Origin: Bacteroidaceae bacterium
GTDB taxonomy: Bacteria; Bacteroidota; Bacteroidia; Bacteroidales; Bacteroidaceae
DNA: 64,000 bases
Assembly: GCA_017517925.1 (NCBI GenBank)
Contig: JAFWXS010000047.1
Coordinates: forward strand, 2,864-66,863
Direction of reading: 5' to 3'
Position numbers and translations under genes: made by a program
In this document: piece by piece, positions 19,051 to 29,700 of the stretch
Position numbering within the stretch: the first letter of the stretch is position 1
How the letters are laid out: each line of letters starts with the position of its first letter
The notes under the pieces: model-generated
What the model saw: only the letters and a program-made list of their open reading frames with translations
Database searches by the model: none
What the model was told of the DNA's origin: nothing

Positions 19051-20494
19051 TCTTTGGCGGTCGATAGACTGGATTACCATCATCCTCTATTTTGCGTTGG
19101 TGACGTGCGGATGGCTCAGCATCTGCGGAGCCACGTACGACTTTGGCGAGCCCGACTTTCTGCGTTTCGACACATTCACCGGCAAGCAATTGGTGTGGAT
19201 AGGGTGTGCTGTGATACTCTCGCTTGTGTTACTCAACATCGAGAAGAAATACTACGAGATGATGGCCTATCCTCTCTACGTGGGGTTCATCATCCTATTG
19301 GCCGTCACTCGTTTTCTTGCAGGTGATGGTATCAACGGCTCCTACTCGTGGATAAAGATAGGACCTCTAAGCATACAGCCCGCCGAGTTTGCCAAGTTTG
19401 CCACCGCTATAGCTTTGGCGCGCCTGATGAGCACCTATGGCTTCTCTATGGCTAAGTGCAGCGATGTAGTGAAGATGCTTGCCATCATCGTGCTTCCCAT
19501 GCTGCTCATTGTGTTGCAGAATGAGACCGGCTCGGCACTTGTATACCTCTCCTTCTTCCTCGTGCTCTACCGTGAAGGGATGAGCGGTTCGCTCCTTGCC
19601 GTCGGTGTGTGTGCCATTGTCTACTTTGTCATCGGTGTAGGACAGGGCGATAAGCTCTTCGCAGCGATGCCCGTATGTGTAGGTGAATTTATTGTCTTCT
19701 TGCTCATACCGCTCTTCACGGCGCTTATGACAGGTATCTATGGTAAGCGTCTGGTGCGCGCCTGGTGGATAGCCGGAATCAATCTCGGGGGCACACTTAT
19801 TGCCTGGATATTCTCACGCTATGTGGTGCCGTTCGACATCTGCATCGTACAACTTGTGTTATGCGTATGCACAGCCCTATACCTACTGTATATATACATA
19901 CTCGAACGTCACACCTCGTACCTGCTCGTTGCGCTCTTTGCGTTGGGCTCTATAGGTTTCTATTACTCGTGCAACATGCTTATCAACAAGCTACAGCCGC
20001 ATCAACGATTGCGTATCGAGGTCCTATTGGGCTTAAAGGACGATCCTACGGGTGTGGGATACAATATCAACCAGTCAAAGATTGCCATCGGCTCGGGCGG
20101 TCTGTGGGGAAAAGGCTTCCTTAATGGCACTCAGACCAAGCTCAACTATGTTCCCGAACAGCATACCGACTTCATCTTCTGCACCATCGGTGAAGAGCAG
20201 GGCTTCATAGGGTGTACCTTTATTCTGTTGCTCTTTGCCGTCTTCATCATCCGTATCATCATGCTTGCCGAGCGGCAAGGTAGCAATAAGTTTACCCGAG
20301 TCTACGGCTACTCGTTAGCCTGCATCCTCACGTTCCACCTGTTTGTCAATGTGGGTATGGTCATCGGCTTAGCTCCAGTGATAGGCATCCCCCTACCTTT
20401 CTTCAGCTATGGAGGATCTTCTTTGTGGGGGTTCACCATCTTGCTCTCCATCTTGCTTCGCCTCGATGCCGAGCGTGAGAGTCGTTTCAGATAA
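19031..20494 (+). CDS. rodA: SEDS-family peptidoglycan polymerase RodA
   Basis: 487 aa, polytopic and FtsW/RodA/SpoVE-like. It overlaps the end of mrdA by 20 nt. Confidence 0.9.
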   Translation: MAIRNVNLWRSIDWITIILYFALVTCGWLSICGATYDFGEPDFLRFDTFTGKQLVWIGCAVILSLVLLNIEKKYYEMMAYPLYVGFIILLAVTRFLAGDGINGSYSWIKIGPLSIQPAEFAKFATAIALARLMSTYGFSMAKCSDVVKMLAIIVLPMLLIVLQNETGSALVYLSFFLVLYREGMSGSLLAVGVCAIVYFVIGVGQGDKLFAAMPVCVGEFIVFLLIPLFTALMTGIYGKRLVRAWWIAGINLGGTLIAWIFSRYVVPFDICIVQLVLCVCTALYLLYIYILERHTSYLLVALFALGSIGFYYSCNMLINKLQPHQRLRIEVLLGLKDDPTGVGYNINQSKIAIGSGGLWGKGFLNGTQTKLNYVPEQHTDFIFCTIGEEQGFIGCTFILLLFAVFIIRIIMLAERQGSNKFTRVYGYSLACILTFHLFVNVGMVIGLAPVIGIPLPFFSYGGSSLWGFTILLSILLRLDAERESRFR

Positions 20495-20530
20495 GTTCCA
20501 TTATTGTTTGACATCATTCCTGAATATAAA

Positions 20531-20562
20531 AGTACTGCCGCGAATCACTTCGCGGCAGTACT
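20531..20562. terminator. Bidirectional terminator between the convergent rodA and pnp genes
   Basis: A perfect 14-bp stem, AGTACTGCCGCGAA-TCAC-TTCGCGGCAGTACT. Confidence 0.65.
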
Positions 20563-20612
20563 GGTTGGAAGCAATATTGCTTCACTATCTTGGGGAGGGA
20601 ATGTACTCCTTA

Positions 20613-22829
20613 TTACTCCTCACGACGGCGGGGACGACGGTCGCCACGCTCGGGACGCTCGCGACGGGGACGCGCAGCACGCTCCTCGTAGCCTTCAGGC
20701 TTCTCAATGAGTGCGCGGTGTGAGAGCTTGAACTTACCAGTCTTGGGGTCGATGTCGAGGAGTTTCACCTCAATCTCGTCACCTTCCTGGATGCCAGTCT
20801 CCTCCATGGTCTCGAAGCGCTTCCAGTCGATTTCTGAGATGTGGAGCAAGCCGTCGCGACCAGCCATGAACTCTACGAATGCACCGTAGGGCATCACGCT
20901 GCGTACCTTACCGGTGTATACTTCACCCACCTCGGGTACAGCCACGATAGCGCGAATCTTGGAGAGGGCGCTGTCGATAGCCTCCTTGCAGGTGCCGGCA
21001 ATCTCTACCTTACCTACGCCGTCAATCTCATCAATAGCGATGGTAGCACCGGTCTCTTCTTGAATGCCCTGGATAATCTTTCCGCCCGGGCCAATGACAG
21101 CACCGATGAACTCCTTGGGTATGGTGATAGATACGATGCGGGGAGCGTGGGGCTTGAGATCGGCACGGGGCTCGGCGATGCACTCGGTAATCTTGCCGAG
21201 GATGTGGAGACGTGCGTCACGTGCCTGGTAGAGAGCCTTCTCGAGAATCTCGTAAGAGAGGCCGTCACACTTGATGTCCATCTGGGTAGCGGTAAGACCG
21301 TCGGCAGTACCGGTGGTCTTGAAGTCCATGTCGCCCAAGTGGTCCTCGTCGCCGAGGATATCGCTCAGTACGGCATACTTCTCTTCGCCAGGGTTCTTGA
21401 TAAGACCCATGGCGATACCTGAAACCGGCTTGCGGATGGGCACACCGGCATCCATCAGCGCGAGGGTACCGGCACATACGGTAGCCATAGATGATGAGCC
21501 GTTTGACTCGAGGATATCAGATACCACGCGTACGCAGTAGGGATAGTCGGCAGGAAGAACCTCCTTCAAGCCACGCCATGCGAGGTGGCCGTGACCAATC
21601 TCACGACGGCCTACACCGCGCTGGGCCTTGGCCTCACCGGTTGAGAAGGGAGGGAAATTGTAGTGGAGGAGGAAACGCTCGCGTGACTGGTTGAGCACAT
21701 CGTCGATGATCTTCTCATCAGACTTGGTACCGAGTGTCACTGAGGTGAGTGACTGAGTCTCACCACGGGTAAACACAGCTGAGCCGTGAGGACCGGGCAA
21801 GTAGTCAACCTCGCACCAGATGGGACGGATATCGGTAGTAGAGCGGCCGTCGAGACGCTTGCCCTCGTCGAGGATGCAGCGACGCATAGCGTCCTTCTCT
21901 ACGTCGTGGTAGTAGCGGTTGATGAGCGACATCTTCTCGGCGAGTTCGTCGGCATCCATCTCGGCGTGAGCCTCGGTGTAAGCTACCTTGAACTCCTCAC
22001 GTACAGCCTCGAAAGCCTCGGCACGAGCGTGCTTGTCGCGGTTACCCTCAGCAGCGATAGCGTAGGCCTTGTCATAGCAAGCAGCCTTCACCTCGGCGCG
22101 GAGCTCCTCGTCGTTCACCTCGTGGCAGTACTCGCGCTTCACGGTAGAGCCTACAGCCTCCATGAGCTCGATCTGAGCCTGGCACTGCACCTTGATAGCC
22201 TCGTGAGCAGCCTTCAGAGCCTCCAAGAGGTCGAGCTCTGAAACCTCCTTCATCTCACCCTCAACCATCATGATGTTGTCGATAGTAGCACCTACCATGA
22301 GGTCCATATCGGCCTTCTCGAGCTGTGCGAAGGTGGGGTTGATAACGAACTCGCCATCGATACGTGCTACGCGCACCTCAGAGATGGGTCCGTTGAAGGG
22401 GATGTCAGATACTGCCAACGCAGCAGAAGCAGCGAAGCCAGCCAATGCATCGGGCATGTCAACGCCGTCAGCAGAGAAGAGGATGATGTTCACATACACC
22501 TCAGCGTGGTAGTTGTCGGGGAAGAGAGGACGCAGAGCGCGGTCAACCAAACGACATGTCAGAATCTCATTGTCCGAAGCTTTACCCTCGCGCTTGGTGA
22601 AGCCACCGGGGTAACGGCCGAATGAGGCATATTTTTCTCTGTACTCAACCTGTAAAGGCATGAAATCTGTACCGGGAACTGCATCTTTGGCGGCGCATAC
22701 GGTAGCCAACAGCACGGTGTTACCCATGCGGAGCACTACAGAGCCGTCGGCCTGCTTGGCCAATTTCCCGGTTTCCAACGTGATGACTCTTCCGTCAGGC
22801 AGAGTCACTGATTTTGTAATCGGATTCAT
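20613..22829 (-). CDS. pnp: Polyribonucleotide nucleotidyltransferase (PNPase)
   Basis: 738 aa with two RNase PH domains, KH and S1 domains, and a basic C-terminal tail. Confidence 0.96.
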   Translation of the reverse strand: MNPITKSVTLPDGRVITLETGKLAKQADGSVVLRMGNTVLLATVCAAKDAVPGTDFMPLQVEYREKYASFGRYPGGFTKREGKASDNEILTCRLVDRALRPLFPDNYHAEVYVNIILFSADGVDMPDALAGFAASAALAVSDIPFNGPISEVRVARIDGEFVINPTFAQLEKADMDLMVGATIDNIMMVEGEMKEVSELDLLEALKAAHEAIKVQCQAQIELMEAVGSTVKREYCHEVNDEELRAEVKAACYDKAYAIAAEGNRDKHARAEAFEAVREEFKVAYTEAHAEMDADELAEKMSLINRYYHDVEKDAMRRCILDEGKRLDGRSTTDIRPIWCEVDYLPGPHGSAVFTRGETQSLTSVTLGTKSDEKIIDDVLNQSRERFLLHYNFPPFSTGEAKAQRGVGRREIGHGHLAWRGLKEVLPADYPYCVRVVSDILESNGSSSMATVCAGTLALMDAGVPIRKPVSGIAMGLIKNPGEEKYAVLSDILGDEDHLGDMDFKTTGTADGLTATQMDIKCDGLSYEILEKALYQARDARLHILGKITECIAEPRADLKPHAPRIVSITIPKEFIGAVIGPGGKIIQGIQEETGATIAIDEIDGVGKVEIAGTCKEAIDSALSKIRAIVAVPEVGEVYTGKVRSVMPYGAFVEFMAGRDGLLHISEIDWKRFETMEETGIQEGDEIEVKLLDIDPKTGKFKLSHRALIEKPEGYEERAARPRRERPERGDRRPRRREE

Positions 22830-22984
22830 CTTAACTTATTTATATAAAACGTCTAATGTTGATATTTTCATCCAAAATTCGGGCAAAGATAGTGAAAAGT
22901 TAGCACTATCCCCACGAAAAGGGGGAAATATTATCTCAGATTCATTATTTTTAGTTAGATTTGCACATAAAATCACATAAAAAG

Positions 22985-24139
22985 ATGAAAAAACTATCAA
23001 ATATCCTTATTTTATCTGCGCTTGTGAGTGTCGTGAGTTGCACCAAGGCTCCGCAAGCCACTATTGAGGGCACCATTACCGAAGCTGCCGGCAAGGTACT
23101 CTACCTCGACTATATTGGTGTGGAGAAGACCACTGTGGCCGACTCCGTGAAATTGGACAAGGAGGGCGCGTTCCGCTTCCGCGTGGCGCAGCCCGAGTGT
23201 TTCGACTTCTATCGATTGCGCATAGGTAAGGAACTGGCCTACCTCTCTGTCGACTCCACCGAGACGCTCACGGTAACCGCTGCACTGCCCACCCTGAGCA
23301 TTGCCTACGAGGTGGAGGGCTCTGAAGACAACCTCATGCTGAAGGCCCTGGTAATGAAGCAGCGCGAGCTCCAGCACGACGTGCAGCAGCTGATGCTGAA
23401 TGCCACCAATCTGGCTACCGCACAGACACGTTTTGACGAGCTGGTACTGGACTACAAGAAGTCGGTACGCATGGAGTATATCTTCCCCGACCCGGGCAAG
23501 CCCTACGCCTACTTCGCGCTGTTCCAGCGCTTGGGTGGGCGATACATCTTCGACCCTACGGCCACGCGCGATGACATCCGCTGCTTTGCTGCCGTAGCCA
23601 CCAACCTCGACCTCTTCTATCCCGAGGCCGAGCGTACCAAGAACATCAAGAGTATCACGCTCAAGGGTATGCGCAACACGCGCCCCACACAATCTGTAGA
23701 CTATAGCGTGCTGGAAGGTAAGATACACGAAGCGAGCCTCATCGATATTGCCCTGCCCGACATCGACGGGCAGGAGCGTCGACTCACCGACCTCAAGGGT
23801 AAGGTGGTGATGCTCGACTTCAATGTGTACGGCCACCCGCAGTCATCGGCCCGTGTGCTCATCATGCGCGAGCTCTATGAAAAGTATGCTGCCCAGGGGT
23901 TCGAGATATACCAGGTTTCGCTCGATGAAAACGAACATTTCTGGAAGACAGCCGTTGAGAGTATACCTTGGGTATGCGTGCGCAGCACCGAGGCACCCTA
24001 TTCCAAAGAAGCCAACCTCTACGGTGTGCGCGAGGTGCCCACCTACTTCCTTATCAACCGTGCCGGTGAACTCGTGATGCGAGATACGATGGTAAAAGAG
24101 TTGGAGCAGGAGTTGGAGCGATTGTTAGCGGAAAAATAA
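22985..24139 (+). CDS. DUF4369-type N-domain plus TlpA-like thioredoxin-fold lipoprotein
   Basis: The ATG at 22985 gives a lipoprotein signal (MKKLSNILILSALVSVVSC). The C-terminal half is AhpC/TSA/TlpA-like. Confidence 0.75.
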   Translation: MKKLSNILILSALVSVVSCTKAPQATIEGTITEAAGKVLYLDYIGVEKTTVADSVKLDKEGAFRFRVAQPECFDFYRLRIGKELAYLSVDSTETLTVTAALPTLSIAYEVEGSEDNLMLKALVMKQRELQHDVQQLMLNATNLATAQTRFDELVLDYKKSVRMEYIFPDPGKPYAYFALFQRLGGRYIFDPTATRDDIRCFAAVATNLDLFYPEAERTKNIKSITLKGMRNTRPTQSVDYSVLEGKIHEASLIDIALPDIDGQERRLTDLKGKVVMLDFNVYGHPQSSARVLIMRELYEKYAAQGFEIYQVSLDENEHFWKTAVESIPWVCVRSTEAPYSKEANLYGVREVPTYFLINRAGELVMRDTMVKELEQELERLLAEK

Positions 24140-24151
24140 AGATATAAAGCC

Positions 24152-26320
24152 ATGGGAAAATCAGCCAAGAAAAACCAGCAGCGCATGACCAAGCGCATGA
24201 TGTTCGATGCCCTCATCGACCTCTTCCAAGAGAACAGTGACCGCGCCCTCACCTATAGCCGCATCTGGAAGGAGCTACGCCTCACCACGCATCCGCAGAA
24301 GATGCTCTGCGGTGACATCATCGGTGACATGCTCATCGACGGCAGCATTGTGGAAACCAAGAACGGGCACTTCCGTCTTGTGTTCCAAAGGCGCGAACTC
24401 ATAGGCACCATCCAGCGCACTGGCAGCGGCCGCATCCTCTTCGCCCCCGAGGAGGACGAGGAGTCGGTATACATTGCCGAGCGTCACTCGATGCACGCCC
24501 TGCATGGCGACCGCGTGCGCGTGAGCCTCTTTGCCCGCCGCCGTGGCCGCAGCATGCCCGAAGGCGAGGTGGTAGAGATCCTCGAGCGGGCCAACGATAC
24601 TTTCGTAGGTATCCTCAAGGTGGAGCGCAACTATGCCTTCCTGCTCACCGAGAGCCGCACGCTCGACAATGACATCTTCATCCCTCGCGACAAGCTCAAG
24701 GGCGGCAAGAGCGGCGACAAGGCCGTAGTGAAGATTGTAGAGTGGCCCGAGACTGCCCGCAACCCCATAGGTCAGGTAGTGGACATCCTTGGTAAAGCTG
24801 GCAACAACGACGTGGAGATGCACGCCATCCTCGCCGAGTTTGGACTTCCCTACAAGTATCCTCTTGCCGTGGAGAATGCCGCCAACCACATCAGCGACGT
24901 CATCCCTGCCGACGAGATAGCCCGCCGCATCGACATGCGCGACGTGCTTACCTTCACCATCGACCCCCACGATGCCAAGGACTTTGACGATGCCCTCTCC
25001 ATCCGTCCCCTCGGCAAGAACCTCTGGGAGGTGGGCGTACACATTGCCGACGTCACCCACTACGTAGGCGAGAACGGCATCATCGACAAGGAGGCACAGC
25101 ACCGCGCCACCTCGGTATATCTCGTCGACCGCACCATCCCCATGCTTCCCGAGCGCCTGTGCAACTACATCTGCTCGCTCCGCCCCGACGAAGACAAGCT
25201 CACCTATTCCGTGCTCTTCCATATCGATGACAAGGGGCGCGTGAAGTATCATCAGATAGCCCACACCGTCATCCGTAGCAACAGGAGGTATGCTTACGAG
25301 GAGGTGCAGGCCATCATAGAGCGCCAGCAGCGCGGCACCAAAGAGACCTTGCCTGGCGATGAATATACCAACGAACTGCTCTTGCTGAACGGCTTTGCCC
25401 AGCAGATGCGTGCTGCTCGCTTTGCCGGTGGCGCCATCAACTTCGACCGCGTGGAGGTGCGCTTCGACATCGACGAGACGGGCCACCCCGTGAGCGTACA
25501 CCTCAAGGAGTCCAAGGAGGCCCACCAACTCATCGAGGAGTTCATGCTACTGGCCAACCGCACCGTGGCTGAGACCATCGGGAAGGTGCCCGAGAAGAAG
25601 AAAAAGGTGTTCCCCTACCGTATACACGACGTGCCCGACCCCGAGAAACTCGACAATCTGGCACGCCTCGCTCTCCCCTTCGGACATAAGGTGCGCACTA
25701 CGGGCGACAAGGTCGACATCGCCAAGTCGTTCAACCGCCTGCTGGCCGATGTCAAGGGCAAGCGCGAGCAGCACCTCATCGAGACCGTGTCGCTCCGCGC
25801 CATGCAGAAGGCCCGCTACAGCACCGACAACATCGGTCACTACGGCCTTGCCATGGACTACTACACCCACTTCACCTCGCCCATACGCCGCTACCCCGAC
25901 ATGATGGTACACCGCCTCCTCTCGCGCTACTTAGACGGTGGCCGTTCGGGCACCAAGAGCAAGTATGAGGCCCTGTGCGAACACTCATCACAGATGGAGC
26001 AGCTCGCCGCCTCGGCCGAACGTGCCAGCATCAAGTACAAGCAGGTAGAGTACATGGCCGACCGCATGGGCATCACCTACGACGCCATCATCAGCGGCGT
26101 CACCGAGTGGGGACTCTATGCTGAGATCATCGAGAACAAGTGTGAGGGTCTCATCCCCATGCGCGACCTCGACGACGACTACTACGAGTTTGACGAGCGC
26201 AACTACTGCCTCGTAGGCCGCCGCACCCACAAGCGCTACGCCTTGGGCGACACCGTCAAGATCCAGGTAGCCCGCTGCAACCTTGAAAAGAAACAACTCG
26301 ACTTCGCTCTAGTAGAGTGA
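24152..26320 (+). CDS. rnr: Ribonuclease R
   Basis: 722 aa with an RNB catalytic domain (DPHDAKDFDDALS) and a C-terminal S1 domain. Confidence 0.95.
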   Translation: MGKSAKKNQQRMTKRMMFDALIDLFQENSDRALTYSRIWKELRLTTHPQKMLCGDIIGDMLIDGSIVETKNGHFRLVFQRRELIGTIQRTGSGRILFAPEEDEESVYIAERHSMHALHGDRVRVSLFARRRGRSMPEGEVVEILERANDTFVGILKVERNYAFLLTESRTLDNDIFIPRDKLKGGKSGDKAVVKIVEWPETARNPIGQVVDILGKAGNNDVEMHAILAEFGLPYKYPLAVENAANHISDVIPADEIARRIDMRDVLTFTIDPHDAKDFDDALSIRPLGKNLWEVGVHIADVTHYVGENGIIDKEAQHRATSVYLVDRTIPMLPERLCNYICSLRPDEDKLTYSVLFHIDDKGRVKYHQIAHTVIRSNRRYAYEEVQAIIERQQRGTKETLPGDEYTNELLLLNGFAQQMRAARFAGGAINFDRVEVRFDIDETGHPVSVHLKESKEAHQLIEEFMLLANRTVAETIGKVPEKKKKVFPYRIHDVPDPEKLDNLARLALPFGHKVRTTGDKVDIAKSFNRLLADVKGKREQHLIETVSLRAMQKARYSTDNIGHYGLAMDYYTHFTSPIRRYPDMMVHRLLSRYLDGGRSGTKSKYEALCEHSSQMEQLAASAERASIKYKQVEYMADRMGITYDAIISGVTEWGLYAEIIENKCEGLIPMRDLDDDYYEFDERNYCLVGRRTHKRYALGDTVKIQVARCNLEKKQLDFALVE

Positions 26321-26404
26321 AACCTACAGGAGCAGAGGTGAGTTGAACCTGTTCCACTCACCGACTTCGCTCTAGTAGAGTGAAATCTACGGGAGCAGAG
26401 GTGA
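26299..26404 (+). repeat. Tandem duplication (43-nt units, 63-bp offset) that includes the last 22 nt and stop codon of rnr
   Basis: 26299-26341 (cgacttcgctctagtagagtgaaacctacaggagcagaggtga) compared with 26362-26404 (cgacttcgctctagtagagtgaaatctacgggagcagaggtga) shows 2 mismatches. Confidence 0.9.
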
Positions 26405-26631
26405 ATAAGTGAAGTTCAAATAAGGAGAAATGTGTAAATCGCCCCATAAATAGCACGGATTATATAAAATAATAGACTTTTTGTGCACAGATTCCGTGAA
26501 AAGTTGCATCCTGCTGAGGAGATTCTTTTCGGAGAGGAAAAGGATATAAAACACCCACGCAATCTGCTACACAAACCCGAGAAATCCATCATCCACCATA
26601 GGGAGCAGGGGCATTTATGCCGATTTCTCTC

Positions 26632-26669
26632 AAAAAACAGAGGGTATGTCATCCCTGACACACCCTCTG
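26632..26669 (-). terminator. Intrinsic terminator of the LRR operon
   Basis: The minus strand reads CAGAGGGT-(16 nt)-ACCCTCTG followed by TTTTTT. Confidence 0.7.
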
Positions 26670-26737
26670 TCCCACTTCATTTGGTAGGAATTCATATTTG
26701 GATATCCTTCACCTAATGGATATACTTTTCAAATCTC

Positions 26738-29700
26738 TTACATTACCACAAACTTCTTTCCGTTTTGGATGTAGATACCGGTAGGCAGAGTTTCCCGAGT
26801 TCCACTTACGCGCATACCCTTCAGATTATATATAGGAGTATCGTCAGCATCCATAATGACATTCTCAACACCATCTACTACATCATCCTCAATGAAGAAG
26901 AACTCCTTCCACTGGTTAGCAACCATATAAGCATTGAGGCTTCCTACAGGTACTTTAAGCACACAGCTCCACTTATTAATATCATCAAGAGCCTGTGAGC
27001 CACAAACAGGAGGAGTTACTGCATAACTGGTGATTGCTGTTAGGTTAGTACAATCAGAGAAGGCTTCAGTACCAATTGTTTTCATGCTACGACCAAACGA
27101 GAACCCTTCAAGGCTACTACAACCCGAGAAGGCATAGTTTCCGATACTTTTCACGCCATTACCGATGGTCACATCCTGCAAGTTGGTGCAGCCATAGAAC
27201 TCATTGTCGTAAATCTGCTCCTCACGATCGGTAATTACTATCGTGCGCAGCGAGGTATTGCGATAGAAAGGAGAGTAACCCTCACTGCTCGTGGTGCTAT
27301 AGGTAATCTTACCACCGATATATACCGAGTCGAGCGGGCAATCGGCGAACAACGCTGATGAGCCGTTGCTACCCAAACTTAATGCTGTGATGCGGTCTTC
27401 GATGATGACATCGGCCAACTTGCTGCAGCCAACGAATACATTGTCACCTATCTTCGTCACGGCTTGTGGTATCGTGATTGTGGGGAGGGATGAGCAACCT
27501 TGGAAAGCATAGTTGTTGATGGTGGCTACACCACTGCCTATCTTGACATCCTTCAATGAAGAGCAACCAGAGAAAGCATTTGCTTCCAATATCTTAACCT
27601 TATAGCCAATCTCAACGTTCTCCAATCCTATGCAGCCATTGAACATTGTCCCATTAACCTTAATCAAGCCATTGCCCAATACTGCACTCTTCATACCTCT
27701 ACATTCCTTAAAAGCATAGTTGCCGATTGAGGTTATATTATCGCCAATGATAATCTTTTCCAATCCGCAATTGGCAAAGGTATATTCCTTCACATTCTTC
27801 AGTCCATCGCCTATCACCGCATTCTTCATCACTGTGCAACCATAGAAGCAATACGTACCTACCGACTTTACAGAATTGGGGATTACGATTTCTTGCAAAC
27901 TTGTACATCCGCGGAACGCATCATTGCCCAATGAAGTGACCTTATCGCCCAATGTCGCCGACTTCAATGAAACGCAGTCGTAGAAAGCTGAACTATTAAC
28001 GGCACCTGTATTAGCAACAATGGCCGTTTCCAAAGCACCGCAACCACGGAAAGACTTATCGCCTACATATCCAACATTAGATATATCCAGTGACTTGATT
28101 CCATCGCAATCATAAAATGCTTGGCTTTCGATATTTCCTTGGTTTGAGATTGTAGCAGCCAACATTCCATCGCAATCATAGAATGCCTGACTTCCCACAT
28201 TGCCTTCGTTAGAAATCTCTACACTTTGTACACTATCACAATCGTAAAAAGCGTAATCACCGATATTCCCTTTGTGTGAAATATTCACCTCTTTGATATG
28301 CTTGTTCCCATAGAACGTGTATGGCATCACCTCCTTCACAGTCATGGCAATACCCTTGAACGAGGCCGTCTCGCTGACGTTAATCGACTCTGCAGTACTA
28401 TCGTATGCACAATCAATCGCATGACAAGTGCGCTCCGATGGACTTACGGGCACATACTTCACCCCATCCACCTCGAACATGCTGCTCAGGTAGGGATATA
28501 CTTTTACATTGCTAACTCTTGTATACAGGTCGTTAGCCACATAGTTGATGCTTCCCTGAGCATTGGCATAGCCCGTAGGGGGCGTATTGGTCAGCCAAAT
28601 GACCTTTTCGGGAGTACTGAATGCACCGTTGCCAATGGACAGTACGCCACTGCCTATAGTTACAGAATACAAGCTGCTGCAATTATAGAAAGCCTTGTCT
28701 CCAATGCTCGTCACGCCCTCGGGGATGGTGATGGAGGTGAGGCTGCTGCAATTTTGGAAAGTATATTCTTCGATGCTCGTCACGCCCTCGGGAATGTTAA
28801 TGGCCTTGAGGCTGCTGCAACCAGAGAAAGCATACTCGCCAATACTCGCCACACCCTCGGGGATGGTGATGGCGGTAAGGCTGCTGCAAGAATAGAAAGC
28901 GCAATCTCCGATTTTATAATTCTCCCCATTGTAACTATCCGGCAATACGATTTCGGTATCATTGCCTATGTAGTTCACTAATGAATAAATGCCATTGGAA
29001 GTATAGAATTGATAGTCACCAACAGTGGTAAGTTCACCTCCTTGATATACTGCTTTTGCAAAATAGGCGACATTGCCATAGTTGCTTGAGCCTTTAGATA
29101 ATGACAGATTGGAATAGTTGATCACTTTATAGAGGCTGCTGCAACCACTGAAAGCAATGCTTCCAATGCTCGTCACGCCCTCGGGGATGGTGATGGTGGC
29201 GAGGCTGCTGCAATCACTGAAAGCAATGCTTCCAATGCTCGTCACGCTCTCGGGGATGGTGATGGCGGTGAGGCTGCTGCAATTAGAGAAAGTATAGCTT
29301 TCAATGCTCGTCACGCCCTCGGGGATGGTGATGGCGGTGAGGCTGCTACAATCAGAGAAAGCATACTCTCCAATGCTCGTCACACCCTCGGGGAGGATGA
29401 TGGAGGTGAGGCTGCTACAATCAAAGAAAGCATACTCTCCAATGCTCGTCACGCTCTCGGGGAGGGTGATGGCGGTGAGGCTGCTGCAATCACGGAAAGC
29501 AAAACTTCCAATACTCGTCACATTATCACCAATGGTTAGAGTTGTCAACTTTCCTTTGTTATAGAACGGAGAATAGCCATAAAAGCTACCGCTACTGTAA
29601 CTCAAGTTACGTCCCAAGTAAACCTCTTCTAACGGGCAGTCATAGAACAGACCTTCGCCAGTACTAATGCTATAATAATAATAGTTATATCCCAACGATA

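Noticed and set aside
24275-25528. 417-aa minus-strand ORF inside rnr
   Set aside because: It is a shadow ORF antisense to RNase R, with no recognisable motifs. The same reasoning applies to 6903..7763, 5394..6020, 23012..23836, 32012..32596, 38290..39054, 41970..42752, 46513..47541 and 61423..62142.
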